A model generated the notes under the pieces. That model was not told where the DNA came from and did not search any database. It worked only from the letters and a program-made list of their open reading frames with translations. From the NCBI GenBank assembly GCA_012026655.1, contig JAAILG010001658.1, forward strand, positions 1 through 63,568: a stretch of 63,568 nucleotides of DNA. Direction: 5' to 3'. Below are positions 52,135 through 63,568 of this stretch, one piece after another. Numbering within the stretch: position 1 is the first letter of the stretch; every line of letters starts with the position of its first letter. The stretch is from Hydrolagus affinis (lineage: Eukaryota). The translations under genes and the position numbers were made by a program.

Positions 52135-52620
52135 CCAGGAAAACAGGAAAGACCCGAGGTTCATCTATGGTTTTGGGTTCAGTTAGCTGATCCCAGTTAT
52201 TAATCATAATAATAATAATAATCCTTGTATTCAATATAGCGCCTTATCATGTTGTTGAGACATCTCAAAGCACTTCTCGGGATATTCTGTAAAGATCGCA
52301 TGTGGTCTTGGCGAAACGCTGTTAAACCGGAAGCAGGGTGAGCAGAAGTGGACTCAGTGTCTCTGTGCTGCGGAGATGAAATGTCAGCCAGTTTTCCTGC
52401 TCCTAATTGTTATTCAGTGAGCCCTGATGGAAAGCGCATGAGCATAGATATCGAGGGGTAAGGATAGAACCAGGCTCCTCTCCAACGTCCCGACCGAATA
52501 ACCCGTCAACACTCACTACCCAGGTTAAGGCATAAAGACCGGTTAGCCAACTAATCAAAGGCAGGCAGCTCCCATGTAATAATACCCCAGCACGAGTCAT
52601 CATCTTCAGGAGAGGACAAG
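52135..52620 (+). mobile_element. SINE-like family B, near full length, interrupted by a family A tail (52205-52295, minus)
   Basis: caggaaagacccgaggttc..gttagctgatc | insert | ..tcagccagttttcctgctcct..cgaataaccc..ccccagcacgagtcatcatcttcaggagagg. Confidence 0.65.
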
Positions 52621-53039
52621 CGAGACCGGAGAATGGAAAAAATAATAGAACTAAACTGAAAAGGAAGCTCTTACGTTTAGAACAAAGACAGGCACAAGTC
52701 CTCCAAGCCTATTTTTTATGCCAATAAAAAAAAACGGTAGATGCACAAAGGAATCGCACTCATTGTGCAAACTCCGAACTCGAACATATTAATTTCTCCC
52801 TCTCAATCTCTCCTGAAACAAATTTACACCGCAGCTGCTCTTGGCAAAGAGGGCATCAGACAAAAATAACGAACGGGTTGCCAAAGAGAAAGGAATTTAT
52901 ATGACATTTCTTCACAAGGATTAGATTTATTTTGTGGCAGGAAGTCAGAATGAGAGCGCGAGAGATGTGTGTGGGAAGAGATGCTGGGTAACTACTTTTT
53001 TAACTGAATTTTTTTTATACTTAAGTGTGTCAGGGAGAA

Positions 53040-53064
53040 GGTGTGTGTGTGTGTGTGTGTGTGT
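53040..53064. repeat. (GT)n microsatellite
   Basis: About 12 units. Confidence 0.95.
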
Positions 53065-53854
53065 AGAGGGGAGGTGGGGGAAGTGAGAGGGAGGGAGGGA
53101 GACCAGACTTTCGAACAGTTAAAAAAATAAGAAACTTAATAACAAGGTATATCATTATCAAATAATCCACGGGGCATAGACTGTGGAAACTGAGAGGATA
53201 GGCTTCCAATACCCCTTCCTCAAAATACTTGGATTTTGGGGCCATTCCAGAATGTCTTGACAACAGCATCTTTGTACAGAATGACACTAGGGAAAACTGA
53301 GGGAGACTCCAGGAAACCCATTGAAAGCAAGCCAATCCTTGTGTGCTAGGCCCTACGGACAACTTTGAATCATATGAGCTGGAGACTGGTATTAGGAACA
53401 GTTTTGCTAAATTAAAGACCACCAAATATGTGTAATATCAGAAGATCCCATGCCCAAATGAACTGTAGGGTTTTCAGCTCCGAATTTAGCTTTTTCTCGA
53501 TATAGCGATGTAGTCTAGATACATTTCCTTAAACATTTACTCTGCGGACCCAGCCAGGCCAGTCTCATGTCACCTTACTCATGTTAGCAGAGTCTTGCAA
53601 ACACATCTTTAGAAGGCGTTCAAAGTGGGGGATAGTGTGAGAGGTTCACTGAGAAGCACAGGGTAGGAAATCATTCCCAACCTGGCTTCCTGTTCAAAGA
53701 CCACTTTCCTTTGTTAATGACTTTCTTCAGTTAAAAGATTTCATTTAATCAAAACTCTAAGGGTCTGAGATGCATCAAACATCTTTACTTTTCAATCACT
53801 CAAGCAGATTTCTGCTGAGGTCCAAAGTTGTGTGTTTTCCTTTGATTGACTCAG

Positions 53855-54128
53855 TTAAAGAGATGTTAAACTGATGGCCCATATGTTTGTTCAGCCAGAC
53901 ATTAAAGCTACAATAGCACTATTTCACAAGAGAACAGAGTTACTTTCAGTATCCTGGTTAACAATCCAGGATACTGGATCATAAATTGATCATTCACCCC
54001 ATGATTGACTGTGGAAAATTGTCTGTCACATTTGCAAATAGTTACGAAACATGACAGCAATCATCTGTGAATCACTTTGAGACATTTAGACATGATATGG
54101 CTATATAAAATGCACGGATCATTATTAT
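53855..54128 (+). mobile_element. Old DeuSINE core plus tail
   Basis: gagatgttaaactgatggccc..tgttcag..tagcactattt..ctttgagacat..gctatataaaatgca. Confidence 0.65.
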
Positions 54129-55194
54129 ATAATTTAGAGGATTTGATTCATAATCTGTAGGCTGGAAATCCAATGGTTGGGGCTTGTCTTCATGGACTCC
54201 GCCATTCAGAACATCACAAGCGGATTGATATGCACCATTTAGACTCTAAAAATTGAATGTGCTAAATTGGCTCCATTGTAAATCAAGTTTCCTGCTCTAT
54301 GTTTTGTGTTTTGTCTTATTATCACTCCATCTCCAGTCCTTCACCACCCATGCCTGTATGGTAACTGCACAATCTTCTCTCCCATACTGCGTCTGTATTG
54401 TAATACAAATACTATTGAGGGATTCCCGTACAGAAATGCAGAGTGCTTTATAATAATGGCCTCTCTCATATTTACTTACTCCCTGAAAGAGTAGATAGCG
54501 TTAAGTATTGGAGGACTACCTAGAGTAATAAGTGGGAGTGCATTCTAATGGCTAGATACCTATAGTGATGGGCAATATAATTCAAGTTCTTGTAATAGAT
54601 GACTTTCTATAATAACAAAGGGAAGGGGGAGGGAATGGGATCTCTGTCGGGGGACACTGCAGTAATGAGTAGCTCAATTTAGTGATGGGGCAATTCTGTA
54701 ACCATGATTGCCTTTGACACTGAAATGCTTTAATTAATAAAGTAAGAGTAGGTTCTTATTTAAATGAATGTGGCTCTGGTGCAATTCACTTGCCATCACA
54801 GTTATAGCATTTAAGTCTGTGGGAAAAAAAGGAATGAACTCGTATGACTCTCTTTACATCAATAGATGTGCATTATTGATCATATGATGAGAACAGTAAA
54901 ATAAACAGTTTTTAGTGACCTTACAGTACATGCTGGTTATTGGACTGTTAATGGGAATGCTCAATTAAAGGGAGTAGTTCCTAAGGCCAATTCCTTCACC
55001 AATATTTCAACAGGAAATCTAATGGTTTAAAAGGCAGGGCTTGAATGTTGAGTCACCATTTTATAGAAACTATTTGATAAAAGATATATTTGCAATGAAT
55101 TGGCCAATCAGCTAAGAAAACACAAAAGCCATTTATTGGCCTCACAGATAAAATAAAACCAATAGACCCAGTAATATTCGCAAATAGTTCCTTG

Positions 55195-55208
55195 TGACCT
55201 TCTGACCC
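55195..55208 (-). promoter_or_regulatory. DR2 nuclear-receptor element (GGGTCA-ga-AGGTCA)
   Basis: Plus strand tgacct-tc-tgaccc. Several CCAAT/ATTGG boxes lie at 55099-55163. Confidence 0.3.
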
Positions 55209-55225
55209 TTTGTGAGTTATTCAAA

Positions 55226-55578
55226 TAATAATCCTTATACTTGCCATTCAAATCAGGAACATCTCAAATAGTTTCACAGGATTTCACTGCAATGTGTAGT
55301 GATTGTATATTTTGTAGGTGAACGTGACAATGAATTTGTGTGCAGCAATGTCCCACAAACAGTTATGAAGTGTCAAGTTGGCTAAGACACTGAGAGAAAC
55401 TGCATTCTCTGTTCAAATAGTACCGTGGGATCTTTAACATTCACCTGAACAGGCATTTTGTTTAATGTCTTACCCGACAACAACATAATATTGGAGCCTA
55501 GATTGTGAATTCAAAATCCTGAACCTACAACATTCTGACTTAGAGGCGAGAGTTTTATCGAGTTCAATGTGTCAGATT
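55226..55578 (-). mobile_element. Old DeuSINE (SacSINE1-like), near full length
   Basis: Tail, then core (gtgggatctttaacattcacctgaacagg), then head (ctgacttagaggcgagagt) in the expected order. Confidence 0.75.
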
Positions 55579-55599
55579 TAGATACTGAAACTAAACAAC

Positions 55600-55785
55600 A
55601 ACCATCAACAAAATTACACTTGTATAGCGCCTTTCACATCGGGAGGACATACCAAGGTGCTGGACAGTCAATGTTTCAGACCCGAGCTGGGGTCAGGATT
55701 GGGGAGGGTGGAGGGAAAGGTGGGGATTTGGGGTGACCAATGGGACCATCAAAGAGGAGGGTCTTGAGGCGGGACTTGAAAGTAC
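55600..55785 (-). mobile_element. L2-type LINE 3' end
   Basis: caacaaaattacacttgtatagcgcctttcacatcgggaggac...gtcttgaggcgggacttgaa. Confidence 0.85.
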
Positions 55786-55789
55786 ATGA

Positions 55790-55902
55790 GATCGTTAACG
55801 TCTACCTGAAAAGGCAGACGGAGATCTCGGATTAACTTCTCATCTGAAGGACGTCACCTCCAGCAATGCAGCACATCCCCAGCTCTGCGCTGGAGCATCA
55901 AG
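55790..55902 (-). mobile_element. Old DeuSINE core fragment
   Basis: gatcgttaacgtctacctgaaaaggcagacggagatctcggattaacttctcatctgaaggac. Confidence 0.7.
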
Positions 55903-56825
55903 CTTCCAAGCTTACAATTTCCAAGTCTCAACTTGGACTTCTAAACCTTAACAATATCAAACAGCTTTACTAATGTCAAACTCCAGCTTAACACATTTAC
56001 ATTCACATACATCACACTCTATTTGGGGAGGGAGATCGAACACAATGAACCCCATCCTCACCTCACAAACCTGCACTTTGTTGGGTCATGATGGACATGT
56101 TGACGTTGGAACCGCTCCGATTTCCTATTACCAGTTGCAAATAATATCTTTTTAATGTGACTTTCTGATAAAACTCGCTCACAATAAAAACTCCAGTCAG
56201 GGTATTTTTTTAAAAAAAAACAACCTCTGAACCATTATGATTTTTGTCACACACACACACACACTAGGTAAGGTACCTTTCTATAAATGCATGCCTGTAG
56301 TTTCACAACAGAAGATTTTTATGGCACTTCCTTCAGTACGGTGACAGACTGTTTGTCAGCTAAACTCCCCGTCATGTATCCCCCTACCAATGCCAACTCA
56401 TGCACGGAGACCTTCACTTTTAGTGCTACCACTTGTACCCTTATGGAACCTTTGTCATTGATCATTGATCCAATCCAGTGCCCGCATGTTCTCCAAGTGT
56501 CTGCACAAGTAATGAGGTGCTTGTGCTGTAAAATTAAACTGTCAACTGTCAGCGATTGATAACCGCAAAGAGAGTTGACCTAGAACACCTGCACTAGTGG
56601 GCAAGACAGGTGGAATATGTTTGATCACTGAGGCCCTACTAGTCAGGCTGACCCCGCTGTGTCCCGCTGTGTATTCTGTAGACGACAGAGACATCACAGC
56701 CTCGCGGGCGGCCCGGCCCCCTGCATTACGTTAAGATGTGTAATAAATCCTGCTTCAATGTTTGTAAATCAATATCAAGAATTCATTTGTATTTAGAGTT
56801 ATCTACTTTTTGTTAACCTTTATCC

Positions 56826-56849
56826 ATTCAATTCAATTCAATTCAATTC
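56826..56849. repeat. (ATTCA)n short tandem repeat
   Basis: attca x4 plus attc. Confidence 0.85.
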
Positions 56850-57802
56850 GGACATTAACCACTTTTTTTTTCGCAGAGGGGGCTCACGCAATCAATTGCA
56901 CGCTTCACGTGGCATTTATTGAAGTTGTTGTGCAGAGCAAACAGCAGAAGAACCTTTTAAGACATTTTTAAAAATGATCTTTTGTCTGTGTTAATGTGAG
57001 CTGCCAGTGCATGTATTCTTGGCGAACAAACATTTGGGTGGAGAATAAGAGGGAAATAAAAAAAAAGTAGGACGATCACACATCCATAATTTCTGGGGAC
57101 AAAATTTGCCCCGTCTTGAATTCAGTAGCAAATTGATCAACAAAATCCTAAAAATAGGTACACTCATCAGAGAAATACAGCCATTATAATCCATCAGGCT
57201 TTTCCAGTCGTATATACCATCAGGAATTGTAGTGAAATCAATTTTTTTTAAAAATACGTGTGTCCTTAGATTTGGTTTATAAACTATGGGCACCATAGAT
57301 TAAAAGCCATTTGCATTCACCCACAATAGGTGAATTCATGTAAGGTGGGTCTTTAAGTGTCTGCTTCAATGCCTGAAAAGGGGTGTAATTTCAGAAGTAA
57401 AGAGCGAATGGACTGAGACTCTGGATGAGGGCAGCGAGTATCGGGTGGGGAGGCAGGCGGGAGTGTGAGAATTAGGCAAAGCCTGTAACAGTACACATTT
57501 CCCAAGTGCTTGTTTCAGAATGGGGTTTGGCAAAGCCTCTGGCATTGTGTTGGCTACCTGGTAACATGATGTAGGGGTGGAGTGTAGGAGAGTGTGTGTG
57601 GGGGGGGGGGGGGTGAGGGGAGTACATCAATAAAAATTACAATAAAGCACTAAAGCAAAATTATAAAATGCTTTCAAAAAAAAACTTTTAAAATATTCAA
57701 CTCATTGGGTGAGTGAGTGATTGGGTGTAATGTACCAGGAAACTGAGGCACCTGGTGGTTGTGAAAGGCAGAACGCCAGGCTAGAGGTTGCAAAGTACCT
57801 GA

Positions 57803-58112
57803 TATCGCCCACGAATATACAGTCAACACACTTTACAGTATATTCCGTGAAGTGTTTTGAGATGTCGATAAGATGTGAAAAGCCACAGCTTTGTGCCTTT
57901 CAAACTGAGCCTCCTAAATAGCTAGACTTCAGAGAATGAAAGCGGAAGGAAAATAACATGACTGGGACACTGCTGTGTGCAATTAGCTCCCGCATTCCGC
58001 CCACAAAATATACAGTCAAGACAATTTACAGTATTTTATGTGAAGCTCTTTGAGACTTCTCAACAAGGTGATCCATCGCTGTATCAAATGCAAGGATTAT
58101 TATTATTATTAT
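57803..58112 (+). mobile_element. Two tandem SINE family A 3' fragments
   Basis: 57803-57885 tail part, and 57963-58112 core plus tail. Confidence 0.85.
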
Positions 58113-58651
58113 TAAGAACTCCTCCGCAAAATCAGCGTTTGTAATGTTATACGGACTGAAAGAATATTGTAATTTGAGCAGTTTGTATTGACACCGTGCA
58201 GTTGTGCTTCTGATCTGGTCGAACTCAACTAGAAATAATAATAAGAAGAAGAATAATGAGAAGAAAAAAAATGAGAAGGTTGGGGTTCTGTCGATCCTGA
58301 CACTCAGGTTTGTTGCAGGTCCATTCAACATTAAACCAGGAAAATGTTGCTTGGTAAAGAAAGAAAGTGTCAGCGGAGGTTGAATAACAGCTGTCACTGG
58401 CAAATCTATATGGTCTAGAAGAGGAATTTAGAGTGAAACAAACTGTATATGAACTCCACCATTTCTGCCATAGATGCTGGTGATTGGCCAGTCTCTACAC
58501 TATCACAAATCCAAGATGACTACACAATAATATACTTTGTTAAACTGCAATAATATATGTTACCATGGATTGCACAAATGTGTTATGTATACAGGAATCC
58601 ATACATCTATGGAATGCAGAATATATTATTATTATATGAAGGAAATATCCC

Positions 58652-58892
58652 AGAGGGAACATTGTAAAGGTGTATCGAATTTTAAATGGGATTGAAAAAG
58701 CAAAACCCAGGACAATACATTTGGATGCTCCAAAACAATATATCAAGAGGACATAGGTTTGGAGTTACAAAGGGTAATTTCAGGACAGACACCAGGAAAT
58801 ATATCTTTATCCAGAGGGTAATTAATAGGTTACCATCAAACATGTTTGAGGCCATTATATTCAACTCATTTAAAAAACAGTTTGATGGGAAG
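58652..58892 (+). mobile_element. CR1 LINE ORF2 C-terminal fragment
   Basis: RGNIVKVYRILNG.. and RGHRFGVTKGNFRTDTRKYIFIQRVINRLPSNMFEAIIFNSFKKQFD match CR1 RGH..K..R.D.RK.FF.QRVVN.WN.LP..VEA...FK..LD. Confidence 0.85.
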
Positions 58893-59054
58893 ACGGTCTT
58901 TCAATCATTTAAGATTTGGAGAATCATTATAGCCCAGTACACAAGAAAGACAAGTGGCAGAATATATACTGTGTATATTTTTAAAGATCCCATTCAAAAA
59001 GAGAAAGGTGGTTTCCTTCGGATTCCTAGCCAACAAATCCTCCAAGTAAAAACT

Positions 59055-59216
59055 GGTCATTGAACTCATGGCTATTTGTGGGACATTACTGTGTCTAAAT
59101 TGGCAGCAGTACTCGCCTACAAAATATGAAAGCATCACACTCTATAATACATCCTGTGAAGCGTTTTGAGATGTTCCCCTGACGTGAATGGCGCTGTATC
59201 AAACAGAAGGGTTATT
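59055..59216 (+). mobile_element. DeuSINE 3' half
   Basis: ggctatttgtgggacattactgtgtctaaattggcagc...gacgtgaatggcgctgtatcaaa. Confidence 0.8.
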
Positions 59217-59369
59217 AGTTTTTACGAGCGTTACACCCAGCAATGTGTGTTATTTGATATTAGAGAGAGTATTTCCTCCCAGTAACATTTTGTTATGATA
59301 TACATTATAAGCAGTGTGCAACTTGTTGAGGTTATCCTCACTGCTTCTGTTAATTTGGATCCTACTCTT

Positions 59370-59522
59370 TAATAATAATAATACTAATACTAATACTAAT
59401 ACTACTACTAATAATAATAATAAACCTTGCATTTGATATAGCGCTTTTCATGTCTTCTAAACATCTCAAAGCGCTTCACAGAATACACAGAACACAAAGT
59501 GAACTGATTGCATACTTGTGAG
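59370..59522 (-). mobile_element. SINE family A tail with expanded AAT/ACT microsatellite
   Basis: (aat)n(aatact)n(act)n(aat)n followed by ccttgcatttgatatagcgc. Confidence 0.88.
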
Positions 59523-62500
59523 CAAAAATCTGTACTGGCAGGATATTCATGCGAAGATCCCATCAAACTAACTCAAACAAGTATTAAGTAGTGTAATTCT
59601 GAACATTGAACTAGGATAGTAAGAAAAAACACAATCAGTATGTTACACTCAGTGACGAAAACCGGGGACTGGAAGTTTGCAGGTAACCATCGACCAATAA
59701 TGCAAACATTTGAGTTTAATAAACACTGTTTCCCGTCATACTGTAAGTTCATTCCAACTGCCCTTATTGTTTTCGAGACAAACTGCATCATTCTCCTTCT
59801 GAAAGAAACATATTCCAACCCCGTGTGTGAGCCATCAGCCTGTCGCTTGTAGATCTCTGTGGCCTCAGGCTGACATTCATGAAAATCACTACATCTAAAG
59901 CCACTATTGCACTGAGCAATGGCACTGTCTGAATTTAAAACAAAATTACATTTATAGAACGCCTTTCACGTCGGGAGGACGTGAAATGATGGGTGACGGA
60001 GAAGGGTTCTCGGAAACTTTCCTGCCCCTGCCTGTTAGCTCTTCGTTGACTTGGAGGCGTTTTCCTCCTGTGTTGACAGAATAGGTTTTACAGTATCTTC
60101 AGATCCCACTGGGAACAAACTATACTTTTTCATAAGGCTTTGTGCCACCAAGATAAACCACCTGGAGACACTGAAGCGTAAAGGTGATCCCATCTGATGC
60201 CTTGGCTTTGGTCATTACAAGTGCCTTTATACTTCTTCTAGTCACAGGTCAGAAGGCTTTGCCTGTTCCAATCTCTCAATGATTAGTCTCAACAAAGGTT
60301 TAAATCAACAACTCTGGGCTCACTCTTGAGTAAGATATGTATCCAACCAGGTGCCAGAGAACAATGTCACACATCGTGTCAAGTCACAGGCACTATTGGC
60401 TTTGACATGTGATGAATGGTGCCCCTTCTCTTGTGAAACTTTCAAATCATCCATCCATTTCTGGGTCATATGTGGTTATCGAGTGACTTACAGTTACCTT
60501 TCGCCGATGAAAGCTCCTTCGCCACCATCTGCCACTTCTTCTTGGCATTTTAATTCGAAACTCTATTCCAAAGGTTGGCACTGATCCAAATGGACACAGG
60601 TAGCTCGTGGCAGACTGTCGATACTTGTGCAACAATGCACTGCGTACCTCTATTGGTTTGAAATAAATAGCTCAATAAATAGAAATAAATAGTCTCCCTT
60701 CTCTTCCCCATCGTACAGAGAGACCAATGAAGAACAAATTATTTTATACTCTCTTAGATCAGTTATCCACAATGGTCTTAGTCGCCCAGCCCAATGGGCA
60801 GCCGAGCCAAGCAGGCTACAAAGGGCTCACAATCAATTCTGCAATGAGCTAGGGTCATACAATGATGCCTCTAAGTGTTGGTACAGCAAGCAGACAGGGT
60901 CCCACACCCACTGATCTATATACGTTTCTACCACACAAGCCACTCAATACTTGACGATTGTTCTCAACCCAATTTTTCCCAGCCTGAAACCCAGGTCAAA
61001 ACATGAGAGATTTCATTGAGTTACTGGACTGATGCACCAAAATGTTTCCTGCAATGCAAGCCTCTTTTACGTTATATATTGTTATGGCCAAAGTCTCTTT
61101 GTTAGTTGATTTGCTGAATGATTCAATCAGCTCCTGTTTCCTCCAAACAACACTGAGCGCACGGGAATGAAATGAAGTCCCAACGACTCATTTGTTACCA
61201 TTGCTTTCAACAAGACATGATAAAAATGATTTTTTTTAAAATCTTTTTTTTTATTTAAGACTTATTGATCTCCCTGACATAAACCACAGAGTCTGACAAT
61301 CCCACAGTGTCTAGCAATGTTTCAATTAATCTATTTTATTACACAGCTCAATCAATAAAGGTTTCAATTCACTCTGATGAAGAGAGATAGACAGCTTCCC
61401 CCATTCATTCTACTAAACCCCTATTATTGACTAACTTTCGTCGAAGATCTCAATCCCAAGCAGGGTTTTGCTTCGAGGTCCGATCTGGAAACGTTGCAAC
61501 ACCTTTCACCACAGAGTGACGGGGACTCAGGCTGATCCGCCCGTGACTCCCAGCAGCCAGCGCCTAATTCCAGTTATTCTGCAACAGGTAGTGCCAAGTT
61601 GGAGGCCAGGCATTTTGCCACAGGTAGAAAAGAGCAAATTCCAAGATCCAAAGCTCTAACAGACATTACCAACCCTTGGTCTTGCTCCATGGGTGTTGGA
61701 ACAGATTGCCACTTTAACAGTATTCCTTCACTTTTCTCCATCAGACAGGAAAGAGAAAAGAACGCCAATTCCCAACGCTACCAACGGCCCATATTCCGAA
61801 CAGATCATTAACAAAAGCCTGAAAAACACATGGAGTAGCAGGTCATTTGAGTACTGCAGGTGGAATGCAAATAGCTCCCTTGCTACCTCACAAGTACCTC
61901 TGTCCTGAGCTCTTTTGGAATTAAAATAATATTGTTTCAGCAGCAAAGGATGTTGATGAGCTAGTGTGTTAACACTGTCAATGAACAGGATTCTCCTGAT
62001 ATCCTCAGGATGATGTCTCCTAAAAATACTTAGATCTTGTACCTTGACTTATTACCAATGATAATTGGATTGTGTTCTAATCAGAATTGTTATTGTTCCA
62101 AAGGGTCACAATATCAGGAAACAGAAGATCACCCATCAAAGGTTGCTGCTAGCTCCTAGGGGAAGCTTTTCTCATCCTCAGGACATGGAGTTTGTGTTGA
62201 GGAACAGAGAGGAAATACATCTCTGCTCAGCCATTGTTCTTGTGTTTCCGTCTTGTCTTTAAGCTTGCAAGAGTCACGTCGTGGAGCGACATGGCGTTAT
62301 TCACTGCTACCCATTGCGCGGTCATCTTTAATCATCATTTAATCATCTTTAATCTTCAAAACCAGATAAAGGTCAAGAGTTTCAGCCATAACAAGCTGGC
62401 TTTTTTTTTATCTCTCTATGAAAGAGGTTACAGCTATGGTGAATTACAGTGAAATTCCCTCTGTCGTTAACTTAAAAGAAAAAAGAGAGTCTGCTACTGA

Positions 62501-62782
62501 CTGACCCTGTACCTACCTGCAAGGCTACATATAGGAATACAGTACATTTATTTTGTTTTGAAATGCCAGAAAAGTACTAGGACTTGATATCAGCTGATGA
62601 CTGCTACATGGAACATCTCCAATCCCACATTCTTAATTGCAATTTATTTCTCATGTTTTTTTCTGAATCTACAGGATAGATATCACAAACTTTCCCAGAG
62701 CTGTCTTGGTCATCAGTCAGACATAAAAGCACCATGTAATACCTAACATTAGGATCTGGTATTAACAGGGCTTCAAATATTA

Positions 62783-63088
62783 GTGGAGTCCTGTAGCTCA
62801 GTGGTTAGAGCACTGGCCTCACAAGAGAGAGACCTGGGTTTGATTCCCGGCCAGGTCAGGGCGAAACCTTAGGCAAGTTTCCTTACTACGCACACCTAAT
62901 AATAATCCCTCAAAAAAATAATAAATTGGTCATTTCAATCCAGGCTGTGTTGGGGACATGCCTGTGCGCAATTGGCTGCTGCGTTTCGCCCACAAATATA
63001 CATCAATTCACTTTACAGTATACTGTGTGAAGCATTTTGAGACAGCAGAAAGACGTGAAAAGCGCGATATCAAATGCAAGGATTATTA
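62783..63088 (+). mobile_element. SINE family A, full length
   Basis: gtggagtcctgtagctcagtggttagagc ... gacgtgaaaagcgcgatatcaaatgcaaggattatta. Confidence 0.93.
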
Positions 63089-63568
63089 CAGTATTATTGT
63101 TAGCCTCGCTCAAGTGTGAATAGCTACTTCTGTTTAAAATCAGGAAAACTAAAAGGTACAAGTTTCCTAAAGGACCCCACGTGGGCTATACAGTATATAC
63201 AGTATATACTGATGACCTGGTACATCTTTAAGATCTATATTGTCCATTTTATTCCCTGTTCCGAAGTGGAGAACGTCGGAATCCAGGATGGGTGGCTTTA
63301 CCTTAGACAGGTAAGGTTACTCATTCATGGTGTAACTCAGCGCAGCTCCTGTTTATTAAAGCGAGGAAAGGATTATCTAAGATTATTGCTTAGATTATCT
63401 CATGTTGTGGAAAAGTGCCTAGAAGCAGTTTGTACTGTTTGCATCACAGTAAACGGCACCCACTTGTTGATATCTTTACAACAAGCATGACATTAGAGAG
63501 GTGAGTAATTACCAATGTGGGATACTCTGAGGAGCGCAATCAGCCTGCAGGGGTTGGGGGGGGGGGGG

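Noticed and set aside
53030-53425. 131-aa minus ORF
   Set aside because: TTG start, ends in a microsatellite, and has no recognisable domain or splice signals.
56557-56757. Possible solo LTR (TG...AATAAA...CA)
   Set aside because: No TSD, no second copy, and no PBS or PPT.
63230-63316. Strong donor CAG|gtaagg at 63310
   Set aside because: No convincing acceptor or recognisable peptide upstream.
1-63568. CRISPR array, operon or prokaryotic defence system
   Set aside because: This is eukaryotic repeat-rich DNA. The repeats are dispersed SINEs and LINEs with no regular repeat-spacer period and no long ORFs.

Overview
Repeat-rich, non-coding vertebrate genomic DNA. I infer a cartilaginous fish, possibly a holocephalan such as elephant shark, from the repeat complement. 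I could not assign any protein-coding exon to a known gene, and the many short ORFs are mostly SINE read-through or noise, so the window looks intronic or intergenic. It holds about ten near full-length copies and many 3' fragments of a young tRNA-head SINE with a DeuSINE-type core and L2-type tail. It also holds older SacSINE1/AmnSINE1-like DeuSINE relics, a second ancient SINE-like family, L2 and CR1 LINE 3' fragments, two copies of a pogo/Tigger-type MITE (one nested in a SINE tail), a probable decayed Harbinger transposase, microsatellites, G-rich tracts and a 100-N assembly gap. Repeat-free islands carry enhancer-like motif clusters (MEIS, PBX-HOX, a perfect ERE, a DR2). The most notable observations are a covarying 3' stem-loop shared by three retroelement tails, tail-targeted stacking of insertions, and a SINE orientation bias that flips near the gap. 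I found no strong evidence for a novel biological system. Family names come from recall and visual comparison, not database searches, and boundaries of degenerate elements are approximate.
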